Positions 47,692 through 56,053 of a DNA stretch of 64,000 bases are shown in pieces. The notes below the pieces were generated by a model, which was not told where the DNA came from, made no database searches, and was given only the letters and a program-made list of their open reading frames with translations. The DNA is from a virus (taxonomy: Duplodnaviria > Caudoviricetes): the IMG/VR virus record IMGVR_UViG_3300042892_002922, positions 192,001 to 256,000 of that record; one strand, given 5' to 3'. The number at the start of each line of letters is the position of its first letter. The stretch's first letter is position 1. A program made the position numbers and the translations under genes.

Positions 47692-48344
47692 GTACACTAG
47701 ATAAATTAGCAAAAATGCACGGAACTGATAAGAGTTCTGATATACACAATTACTGTGTTAAGTATGAAAAGTATCTACCATTTAATCGTTATGATAAGTT
47801 AATGATGATGGAGATTGGTGTGTTAGATGGTAAATCCTTATTAACTTGGAAGGATTATTTTTATCGTTCACACATTCTAGGTATTGATATAAATCCTGAA
47901 TGTAAAAAATACGAAGAAGAAAGAATTACAATTGAGATTGGTTCTCAAGCTGATGGTGGTTTCTTATCTAGAACCAGCGAACATTATGGGCCATTTGACA
48001 TCATTTTAGATGATGGTTCACATATGAATGACCATGTAACTTATTCTTTCCAGCATTTATTTGATTCAGTAAAACCAGGTGGCGTTTATATTGTTGAAGA
48101 TTGTGCCACGGCTTACTGGGATGAATATGGTGGCGGTTATTTAAAACCAAGTACAAGTATAGAATATTTTAAATCCTTATCAGATGATTTAAACTTCCGT
48201 GGACTAATGAATCACAACAAACCAAATGTACACGCAAGAAGGGAAGATTGGTTAATTGAAAATTCAAAAAGCATCCCAACATGTAGAACGGATATTGAAT
48301 CCATAAATTTCCTAAATGGAATTATTATTGTAACTAAGAGATAA
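47688..48344 (+). CDS. Class I SAM-dependent (sugar O-) methyltransferase
   Basis: HGTDK..HNY; MEIGVLDGKS; FDIILDDGSH; GGVYIVED. Confidence 0.8.
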   Translation: MSTLDKLAKMHGTDKSSDIHNYCVKYEKYLPFNRYDKLMMMEIGVLDGKSLLTWKDYFYRSHILGIDINPECKKYEEERITIEIGSQADGGFLSRTSEHYGPFDIILDDGSHMNDHVTYSFQHLFDSVKPGGVYIVEDCATAYWDEYGGGYLKPSTSIEYFKSLSDDLNFRGLMNHNKPNVHARREDWLIENSKSIPTCRTDIESINFLNGIIIVTKR

Positions 48345-50467
48345 TGTACACACAATTCACTGAAGATATATTTGTAATTGATTGTTGGCTTGACACTAAA
48401 GAGAAAGAGCTAGCACTAACTAATTTAATTGAAAGGGTTAAAGTTTATAATATACCAATAATACTATGTGGTCACTACCCAATTAAACCTGAGTTCCAAG
48501 AAATGGTTGATTATTGTATCTATGACAAGAACAATGACATTTTAGAAGAAAAGGATTTTGAAGAGTATGGTGTTGTTAGTGATAGATGGACAGAGACAGA
48601 CGATTTTAAAATAAGTAACAAGGTTACATTTCACCATGATTATGCTATATGGTTAACAATGAAGAATGCTTTTAACCTAGCAAATCAATTGGGTAAGAAA
48701 TACATACACTTTCTTGAGTACGATAACCTACCAGATGAGATTCAATATCGTCAAGCGTTTATTGAATACATCAGACATCACGATGCGGTTGTTTATGAAT
48801 ATAGTGAAGGATCAACTAATGAACCATCACCCTTTTCGGCTACGTACATATTTTCAATTAAAACTGACATCGCATTAAGTTTGGTTAATAAGATTAATAG
48901 TAAGAAGGAGTTCTTTTTACGAAAACAACATGAATGGCAATTAGAAAAAACATTCTACCAAACATTACAAACTGTAACTAAAAGAATATTTGTTACAAAA
49001 TACATAGCAAATGATGACGAGTTAAATCTTTTTGCTGCTTGGAATAGGGATGGTATTAATAGAAACGGCGCTAGATTTCAAACATATCTATGTGTTGATG
49101 ATAATGAAGATTTGTCAATCCATTTTATATCTGGTTTTAATGATAAACCGGCCACACAAGATTATGTGGTTGAAATCAACTATGGTGATGTTAAAGAGTT
49201 TTACAAAATTATCATAGGTAATTTTCATTTAAAAAAACTTGGTAAATACATTAAAGGATTACCTGTTATAGTTTATTATCAAGGCGTACAAGTATTTTCT
49301 GATTTACTTATTGATGATGTTAAAGAATTTAAACGAAAGAATAATATAACAAGAAAAAACAAAGAGATATCAAAAAACATTAATGTTAATTTTGTTGATG
49401 GACCATTCATTGAGATACTAGAAAAAACCGCCAAAGAATATCGTATTGAATTTATTGATAATAAAAGTGGAAGAGTTTTACATGAAACAAATATTAAAAG
49501 TAATCACTGGGCGAAAGCATCAATAAAATATTATGTTGATTGGTTAATTAAGGTGAGTGGTGTTGATAACGATTTTTATTTTGAGCATAAATTTAACCCT
49601 AATGAAAATAGATTCTTCATTAGTTTTGAGAGCAAATCATTAGGTGACAGTTTAGCATTTATACCATATGTGGATGAGTTTAGAAAGAAACATAATTGTT
49701 CAGTTGTTTGTTCAACATTCTTTAACGATTTATTTAAAAATGAATACCCAGAAATTGAGTTTGTTTCACCTGGTTCAACTGTTAATAACATCTACGGTCT
49801 TTATCGAATCGGTATGTTCTATAATGATTCTAAAATGATTGATTATGATAAACATTTGACCGACCCCAAAAAGGAGCCATTATTAAAAATTGCATCAGAT
49901 ATTTTAGGTTTAGATTATAAAGAGGTTAGACCTAAGTTACCAAAAATTGGTAACACTAAACAGAAATTAGTAACTATAGCAATTCATTCTACAGCACAAG
50001 CGAAATATTGGAATAACCCAACTGGTTGGCAAGATGTTGTTGATTACTTAATTGGTAAAGGATACGAGGTTAGGTTGTTATCAAAAGAAGAAGACGGTTA
50101 CATGGGTAACATTCATCCAAAAGGTATAACACAACAACCTGCTGGTGATTTAAACAGCGTAATTAAGACAATACAAGAATCAGAATTCTTTATTGGGATT
50201 AGTAGCGGGTTGAGTTGGTTGGCGTGGGGATGTGGAACACCAACAATATTAATATCCGGATTTACAGATGTATTTGCAGAACCATTTCAAAACATTTACC
50301 GAGTAATAAATAAAGAAGTTTGTAATAGTTGTTGGTCCGATTATGATTTTGACGCCGGTAACTGGAAGTGGTGCCCAGTACATTCAAATACTGATAAACA
50401 ATTTGAATGTTCTAAACAAATAACATCAAAACAAGTTATAGGGGAAATTGATAAATTAATTAACTAA
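48344..50467 (+). CDS. N-terminal GT-A-like domain fused to a TibC/Aah-like (autotransporter strand-loop-strand) O-heptosyltransferase domain
   Basis: From residue 345: NINVNFVDGPFIEI; KSLGDSLAF (Asp435); FIGISSGLSWLAW; four-Cys iron finger CNSCW(660,663)..WCP(677)..FEC(689). Confidence 0.8.
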   Translation: MYTQFTEDIFVIDCWLDTKEKELALTNLIERVKVYNIPIILCGHYPIKPEFQEMVDYCIYDKNNDILEEKDFEEYGVVSDRWTETDDFKISNKVTFHHDYAIWLTMKNAFNLANQLGKKYIHFLEYDNLPDEIQYRQAFIEYIRHHDAVVYEYSEGSTNEPSPFSATYIFSIKTDIALSLVNKINSKKEFFLRKQHEWQLEKTFYQTLQTVTKRIFVTKYIANDDELNLFAAWNRDGINRNGARFQTYLCVDDNEDLSIHFISGFNDKPATQDYVVEINYGDVKEFYKIIIGNFHLKKLGKYIKGLPVIVYYQGVQVFSDLLIDDVKEFKRKNNITRKNKEISKNINVNFVDGPFIEILEKTAKEYRIEFIDNKSGRVLHETNIKSNHWAKASIKYYVDWLIKVSGVDNDFYFEHKFNPNENRFFISFESKSLGDSLAFIPYVDEFRKKHNCSVVCSTFFNDLFKNEYPEIEFVSPGSTVNNIYGLYRIGMFYNDSKMIDYDKHLTDPKKEPLLKIASDILGLDYKEVRPKLPKIGNTKQKLVTIAIHSTAQAKYWNNPTGWQDVVDYLIGKGYEVRLLSKEEDGYMGNIHPKGITQQPAGDLNSVIKTIQESEFFIGISSGLSWLAWGCGTPTILISGFTDVFAEPFQNIYRVINKEVCNSCWSDYDFDAGNWKWCPVHSNTDKQFECSKQITSKQVIGEIDKLIN

Positions 50468-50481
50468 CATTCAAACGAACA

Positions 50482-50490
50482 AGTATTTAT
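50482..50490 (+). promoter_or_regulatory. AGTATTTAT motif (putative late promoter)
   Basis: 22 nt upstream of ATG 50513. Confidence 0.4.
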
Positions 50491-50512
50491 CTAAGTATAA
50501 TACCATATTTAG

Positions 50513-53500
50513 ATGAATATATTTGACGCACACATATCGGGATCATTATCCGTATCAAGTTCAGCCGAAATTTCGGGTGATTTAAAAGTTTTAGGAACAA
50601 TTAGTGGTTCCTTTAGTGGTGATGGCTCTAATATCACAAACATCCCAGCGGGTGGTGTTGTTGGACTTAATTTAACACGAATAGCTGACGGTGCATCAAC
50701 AGCATCAATTTCAAATACAGATGGTTTAAGAATTAATACAAATTCAGAAATTACTGGTTCATTAATTATAACCGGTGATTTAATTATAAGTGGAACATCT
50801 TTTAATGCCGCGACCTCAGGTACATCTGGTACATCAGGAACCTCAGGTACATCTGGAACCTCAGGGTCTTCAGGTTCAAGTGGAACATCAGGTACTAGTG
50901 GAACTAGCGGAACCTCAGGAAGTTCAGGATCAAGTGGAACATCGGGATCAAGTGGAAGTTCTGGTTCTAGCGGAACGTCAGGTACGAGTGGTTCTTCAGG
51001 TACATCTGGCACATCAGGAACCTCAGGTTCATCGGGAAGTTCGGGTACGTCTGGAACCAGCGGAAGTTCTGGGTCATCAGGTACAAGTGGAACATCTGGT
51101 TCATCCGGAAGTTCTGGTTCTAGTGGAACATCGGGATCAAGCGGTACCTCAGGCACTAGTGGAACCTCAGGATCAAATGGTAGTTCGGGCACGAGTGGTT
51201 CTTCGGGTTCATCTGGAAGTTCGGGTACGTCAGGTACTAGTGGAAGTAGCGGTTCTTCAGGAACATCTGGTTCTTCAGGAACATCAGGTTCAAGTGGTAG
51301 TTCTGGTACTAGTGGAAGTAGTGGTTCTTCAGGAACCGCTGGAACTTCAGGAACCTCAGGTTCTAGTGGTAGTTCTGGAACATCAGGTTCTAGTGGATCT
51401 AGCGGAACCGCTGGTACAAGTGGTACATCGGGATCTTCTGGTTCTAACGGGTCGTCAGGTACTTCAGGAACAAGCGGAACATCTGGTTCATCAGGAACTT
51501 CAGGTTCATCAGGTTCTAGTGGAACGAGCGGTAGTTCTGGTTCATCAGGAACATCAGGTTCTAACGGGTCGTCAGGTACTTCAGGAACAAGCGGAACATC
51601 TGGTTCATCAGGAACTTCAGGTTCATCAGGTTCTAGTGGAACATCTGGGTCTTCAGGGTCAAGCGGTACATCAGGTTCAAGCGGAAGTTCAGGAACATCC
51701 GGAAGTTCAGGGTCTAGTGGTACAGCGGGGACATCAGGAACCTCAGGTTCTAGTGGATCTAGTGGATCTAGCGGAACCGTAACAATGAGCGGAACACAAG
51801 ACAATGGTGTTCTAACACTTAATGGTTCCTCACCAAACGTAACTGCGGAAAATAATTTAAGATTTGATGGTTCACTTTTAACCGTTGTTGGTAACGAAAC
51901 AATATCTGGTTCCTTAATTGTGACAAACAATTTTACAGTATTAGGTTCATCCTCAATAACATACGTAACATCATCTCAATTAAGAGTTGAAGACAATATT
52001 ATCACAGTAAACACTGCTAGCCCTGGATCTAGATTTGGTGGACTAGAAGTTCATGATTCAGGATCGGTTGGTATTGCTACTGGTTCAATTCTTTGGGATT
52101 CTGTTAACAATAGATGGATTTATCAAAACTCAAGTGAGGCGGGTTATGGTGGCGGTGTATTATTGTCAGGTCCTAGAAGTTCTGGTTCACTAGGTAGTGA
52201 ATTAACATTAACTAGTGGTAGAGTTGCAAAGTCAGCGGGCGGAGACCACTTAAATGATTCAAATATAACAGACAACGGTACAACCGTTTCGATAAATTCA
52301 AATACAGAAATCACTGGTTCATTAATTGTTACTGGTGGTAATAAATTAGTTGTAAATGCTACTGGTGGTGATGAAGGTGGTGAAATTTTATTAGGGAAAG
52401 CGTTAACTAATACAACACTTGTTGGTGAGGGAGTTACAGTAGATATTTGGCAAAATAGATTAAGATTTTTTGAACAAGGTGGAACTGCGAGAGGTGCATA
52501 TATTGATATCTCAAGTTTAGCGGCAGGTGTTGGTACCAACCTGGTTGGTGCTGGTTCATCAGGTACTTCTGGAACTAGTGGTACCTCTGGCACATCGGGT
52601 TCTAGTGGAACATCAGGATCTAATGGTTCGTCTGGTACGTCAGGTTCATCAGGAACAAGTGGTACAAGTGGTAGTTCAGGATCTAATGGTTCATCTGGCA
52701 CGTCAGGGTCTTCAGGGTCTAGCGGAACATCGGGATCTAATGGTTCATCTGGCACGTCAGGAACATCGGGTTCTAATGGTTCTAGTGGAACATCAGGTTC
52801 TTCAGGTTCTAGTGGAACATCTGGTTCATCCGGAAGTTCTGGTTCAAGTGGGACCTCAGGTTCTTCAGGTAGTTCAGGTTCATCCGGAACAAGTGGAAGT
52901 TCGGGAACATCAGGTTCTAATGGTTCTAGTGGAACATCAGGTTCTTCAGGTAGTTCAGGGTCAAGCGGAACGTCTGGGTCTTCAGGTTCTAGTGGTACTT
53001 CGGGTACTTCAGGAAGCTCAGGAACAAGTGGGTCTTCAGGTTCTTCTGGATCTAGTGGAACATCGGGTTCTAACGGATCTAGTGGTACGTCGGGTTCATC
53101 AGGTTCTAGCGGTTCTAGTGGAACTTCAGGTTCTTCTGGTTCTAGCGGAAGTTCAGGAACAAGTGGATCTTCAGGGTCTAGTGGTTCAAGTGGAACCAGT
53201 GGTAGTTCGGGGAGTTCTGGTTCAAGTGGAACATCTGGGTCTTCAGGAAGTTCTGGTTCTAGCGGGTCTTCTGGTACGTCAGGTACTTCTTTTGCTAATA
53301 GTTTTAATATAAATCAAAATTTAGGAACAAGTAACTCACCAACATTTGGTGGTTTAACAATTACAGGTGGTGGTTCAGTTAGCACAGTATTAACAGGTGC
53401 TAACGTTGGTGACTTATTGTATGCATCAATTGCTGATAACGATTATTTCAGATTAAGAGTTGGTGGTACAGCAACAAATGCCGGTTATGTTGAAATAGCA

Positions 53501-54379
53501 ACTTCCGATGATGGTACCGAACCAATATATGTTAGACAATACACGGGTGTGTTTAGTAGTATAACTAGGACTGCAACATTACTAGATGGTAGTGGTAACA
53601 CATCATTTCCAGGTACAATTACAGCCCCAACATTCTCAGGAGCACTATCCGGAAACGCAACCACTGCAACCACTGCGGGCGCTTTAACATCAATGAACAT
53701 TTCACAGTTCACAAATAATAGTGCTTACATCACAGGTATATCTTTTGCAAACGTTTCATCAAAACCAACAACAATAAGTGGATATGGAATTACAGATGCA
53801 ATTACAACAGCTAACATTGGCTCTCAGTCCGTATCATTTGCAACAAGTGCTACAAGCGCAACTACTGCGGGTAGTGCACCAAACGCTAGTAATTTAAACG
53901 CATCTTATGGTGTATCAACGGGTAATGGAAACGGATTAAAATTTTGGGGAGGTTCCGACACGTATAAAATTCATATGGGTAGTTCATCTGAATATTATTA
54001 TGGCCCTGTTACAGATTACTCCATAAAGTGTAATATAGATAGTAATAGTTCGACAAGAGGTTTCACTTGGGGACAAAGTGGAGTAACACCAATTGCCGCG
54101 TTAAACGTAGGAAATGGAAATATGCAAATCGCAGGTACATTCACATCAGGTGGAAGTATATTACCATTAAGTAATGGTACGTTAAACTTAGGTTCATCTG
54201 GAGCAAGATGGAACACATTATTTACATCGGATTTATCGTTATCAAACGGTATTGGTGATTACACAATTGTTGAGGGTGAGGATGATTTGTTCTTATATAA
54301 TAATAAAAGAAATAAAGTATATAAATTTATGTTGCAAGAAGTAAAACCAGAAGATGCAACACCAAAGCGACCAGAATAA
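50513..54379 (+). CDS. Fibre protein 2 with two Gly-X-Ser collagen-like tracts (paralog of 5259)
   Basis: Two (X-S-G)n tracts; shared 181-aa inter-repeat module; C-terminus WNTLFTSDLSLSN..GDYTIVEGEDDLFLYNNK. Confidence 0.7.
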   Translation: MNIFDAHISGSLSVSSSAEISGDLKVLGTISGSFSGDGSNITNIPAGGVVGLNLTRIADGASTASISNTDGLRINTNSEITGSLIITGDLIISGTSFNAATSGTSGTSGTSGTSGTSGSSGSSGTSGTSGTSGTSGSSGSSGTSGSSGSSGSSGTSGTSGSSGTSGTSGTSGSSGSSGTSGTSGSSGSSGTSGTSGSSGSSGSSGTSGSSGTSGTSGTSGSNGSSGTSGSSGSSGSSGTSGTSGSSGSSGTSGSSGTSGSSGSSGTSGSSGSSGTAGTSGTSGSSGSSGTSGSSGSSGTAGTSGTSGSSGSNGSSGTSGTSGTSGSSGTSGSSGSSGTSGSSGSSGTSGSNGSSGTSGTSGTSGSSGTSGSSGSSGTSGSSGSSGTSGSSGSSGTSGSSGSSGTAGTSGTSGSSGSSGSSGTVTMSGTQDNGVLTLNGSSPNVTAENNLRFDGSLLTVVGNETISGSLIVTNNFTVLGSSSITYVTSSQLRVEDNIITVNTASPGSRFGGLEVHDSGSVGIATGSILWDSVNNRWIYQNSSEAGYGGGVLLSGPRSSGSLGSELTLTSGRVAKSAGGDHLNDSNITDNGTTVSINSNTEITGSLIVTGGNKLVVNATGGDEGGEILLGKALTNTTLVGEGVTVDIWQNRLRFFEQGGTARGAYIDISSLAAGVGTNLVGAGSSGTSGTSGTSGTSGSSGTSGSNGSSGTSGSSGTSGTSGSSGSNGSSGTSGSSGSSGTSGSNGSSGTSGTSGSNGSSGTSGSSGSSGTSGSSGSSGSSGTSGSSGSSGSSGTSGSSGTSGSNGSSGTSGSSGSSGSSGTSGSSGSSGTSGTSGSSGTSGSSGSSGSSGTSGSNGSSGTSGSSGSSGSSGTSGSSGSSGSSGTSGSSGSSGSSGTSGSSGSSGSSGTSGSSGSSGSSGSSGTSGTSFANSFNINQNLGTSNSPTFGGLTITGGGSVSTVLTGANVGDLLYASIADNDYFRLRVGGTATNAGYVEIATSDDGTEPIYVRQYTGVFSSITRTATLLDGSGNTSFPGTITAPTFSGALSGNATTATTAGALTSMNISQFTNNSAYITGISFANVSSKPTTISGYGITDAITTANIGSQSVSFATSATSATTAGSAPNASNLNASYGVSTGNGNGLKFWGGSDTYKIHMGSSSEYYYGPVTDYSIKCNIDSNSSTRGFTWGQSGVTPIAALNVGNGNMQIAGTFTSGGSILPLSNGTLNLGSSGARWNTLFTSDLSLSNGIGDYTIVEGEDDLFLYNNKRNKVYKFMLQEVKPEDATPKRPE
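50813..51775 (+). repeat. (T/S)-S-G triplet tract, 107 triplets
   Basis: 963 nt, Gly every third residue. Confidence 0.9.
52556..53284 (+). repeat. (T/S)-S/N-G triplet tract, 81 triplets
   Basis: 729 nt, Gly every third residue, several SNG triplets. Confidence 0.9.
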
Positions 54380-54428
54380 TATTGATTAAATAAAAAATAA
54401 TCATTATATTTTAACAAACCATAAACCA

Positions 54429-55202
54429 ATGCCTTTAGATATTAATAGTAATATAATCAGTTCATCAGATATAACAAGTACTGGTATTTTTAAAACTAAA
54501 GTGCAGAGAGATGGGATGGTTTTACATTTAGATGCCGGTGATCTTGATTCATATCCAGGTAGTGGAACTGCGTGGAATGATTTAAGTGGTAATGGTTATA
54601 ATTTTATTATAAACGCATCGGCTTACAATTCCTCTGGACCAAAATATATGGACTTTAATGGTTCATATGGTTGCGCAAAGAAAACAAGTTCAGATGTCCC
54701 TTTGTCTGGTAATGCAACATGTATTTGCTGGACTAGAGTTAAAAATAGTACTGCGGAATGGAGAACTTTATTACGAGGTTTAAGTTCAGGAGCAGACCAC
54801 CAAGTGATTATTCAATCAGGTGCGTGGGCAATCGGTATGTACGATAACACAAATGGTACAGGTTTTAATAGTAACGGATTTAGCCAACAAAGTTTACCAG
54901 CATATGGCACATCTTCTTGGGATATGTTAGTTTGGAGATGGTACGATGCTGAAGTTCCTTATCATCTCTTTAGTTATAATGAAACTGCGGGGGTTATACG
55001 AGGATCAATTTCAAGCTCAAATGCAAGATTTAAACATGGTTTTTGTTCTGTTGGCGCATACAACAACGGAGACCAAAATAACCCAAATGCATCAAGTCAA
55101 CCTTGGGGTGACATTGGAATGATATCACTATATGATAGAGTTTTACATCCTTACGAAATAAACGAATATTATCAAGCAACAAGAGCTAGATTTGGTAGAT
55201 AA
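54429..55202 (+). CDS. LamG-like protein
   Basis: GMVLHLDAG..SYPGSGTAWNDLSGN; LYDRVL...EI...Y.A.RARFG. Confidence 0.7.
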   Translation: MPLDINSNIISSSDITSTGIFKTKVQRDGMVLHLDAGDLDSYPGSGTAWNDLSGNGYNFIINASAYNSSGPKYMDFNGSYGCAKKTSSDVPLSGNATCICWTRVKNSTAEWRTLLRGLSSGADHQVIIQSGAWAIGMYDNTNGTGFNSNGFSQQSLPAYGTSSWDMLVWRWYDAEVPYHLFSYNETAGVIRGSISSSNARFKHGFCSVGAYNNGDQNNPNASSQPWGDIGMISLYDRVLHPYEINEYYQATRARFGR

Positions 55203-55211
55203 AATAATTTT

Positions 55212-56039
55212 ATGGGTATAGATATTGGCGGAAACGTATTTGATGCAACTGATTTTAACCCAAGCGGTGAGGCGGCAAGCCCTGCGGTTGTGACCAGAGG
55301 ATTGGTGTTATGGTTAGATAGTGGAAACAATGCATCATATATTAACACATCCAACTATTATGATTGTGGATATGGATGTCAATACTACTCATCAAATCCC
55401 GGCTGTACGAATTGTAACACTCAATGGAAAGATATGAGTGGTAATGGGTACGATGGAACATTCAACGGTGCTACGGCCATCTCATATAATGTTGGAGGTG
55501 GGTCAATTTATTTTAGTGGGTCTCCTGATTTTGTGAGTGCTGGTAATATAGGTTCATTCTCAACATTTACTGTTGAAATTTGGTTTAAATCAGATTCAGT
55601 TTCTAACTATAAAAATCCAATCGATTGTAATTTTTTAGTGTTTAATGGAGGGGCTAGTGGATATAGTAATATTGGACCAAGATTGGAACAAGATTCAAAT
55701 GGAACACTAGGTTGGGTTGTTGGAGATGCTGCGGGAAACTATACTGGAGTTAATGTTGTACCATCAGGATTGAGTTCCTCTGGAATACATTGTGCCGTTA
55801 TTACTAAAACAGGTGCAAGTAGTTTTTTAAGTTATTACAATGGGACTAATGCATCAAGTTTAACTTTTTCAAATTGGACGGGAACTATGGGTAACGTAAA
55901 TATTGGCAGAGGATTTAGCACAAGTGCGGAAAGATGGTTTAATGGTGGTGTGTCAATCGTAAGAATATATAATAGAGCATTATCCGCATCCGAAATTTTA
56001 CAAAATTATAATAATGGAAGAGCAAGGTTTGGAGTTTAA
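55212..56039 (+). CDS. LamG-like protein with Cys-containing insert
   Basis: GLVLWLDSG; YDCGYGCQYYSSNPGCTNC insert; VRIYNRALSASEILQNY. Confidence 0.7.
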   Translation: MGIDIGGNVFDATDFNPSGEAASPAVVTRGLVLWLDSGNNASYINTSNYYDCGYGCQYYSSNPGCTNCNTQWKDMSGNGYDGTFNGATAISYNVGGGSIYFSGSPDFVSAGNIGSFSTFTVEIWFKSDSVSNYKNPIDCNFLVFNGGASGYSNIGPRLEQDSNGTLGWVVGDAAGNYTGVNVVPSGLSSSGIHCAVITKTGASSFLSYYNGTNASSLTFSNWTGTMGNVNIGRGFSTSAERWFNGGVSIVRIYNRALSASEILQNYNNGRARFGV

Positions 56040-56053
56040 AATATTTAATTTAT

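Noticed and set aside
14398-50467. DNA hypermodification cluster (phage carbamoyltransferases and 2OG enzymes can act on modified cytosine)
   Set aside because: No recognisable TET/JBP, thymidylate-synthase-like hydroxymethylase or nucleotide kinase here, and context favours protein/glycan targets; not fully excluded
50509-53312. 473-, 330-, 203- and 261-aa overlapping ORFs over fibre 2
   Set aside because: Same repeat-shadow artefact
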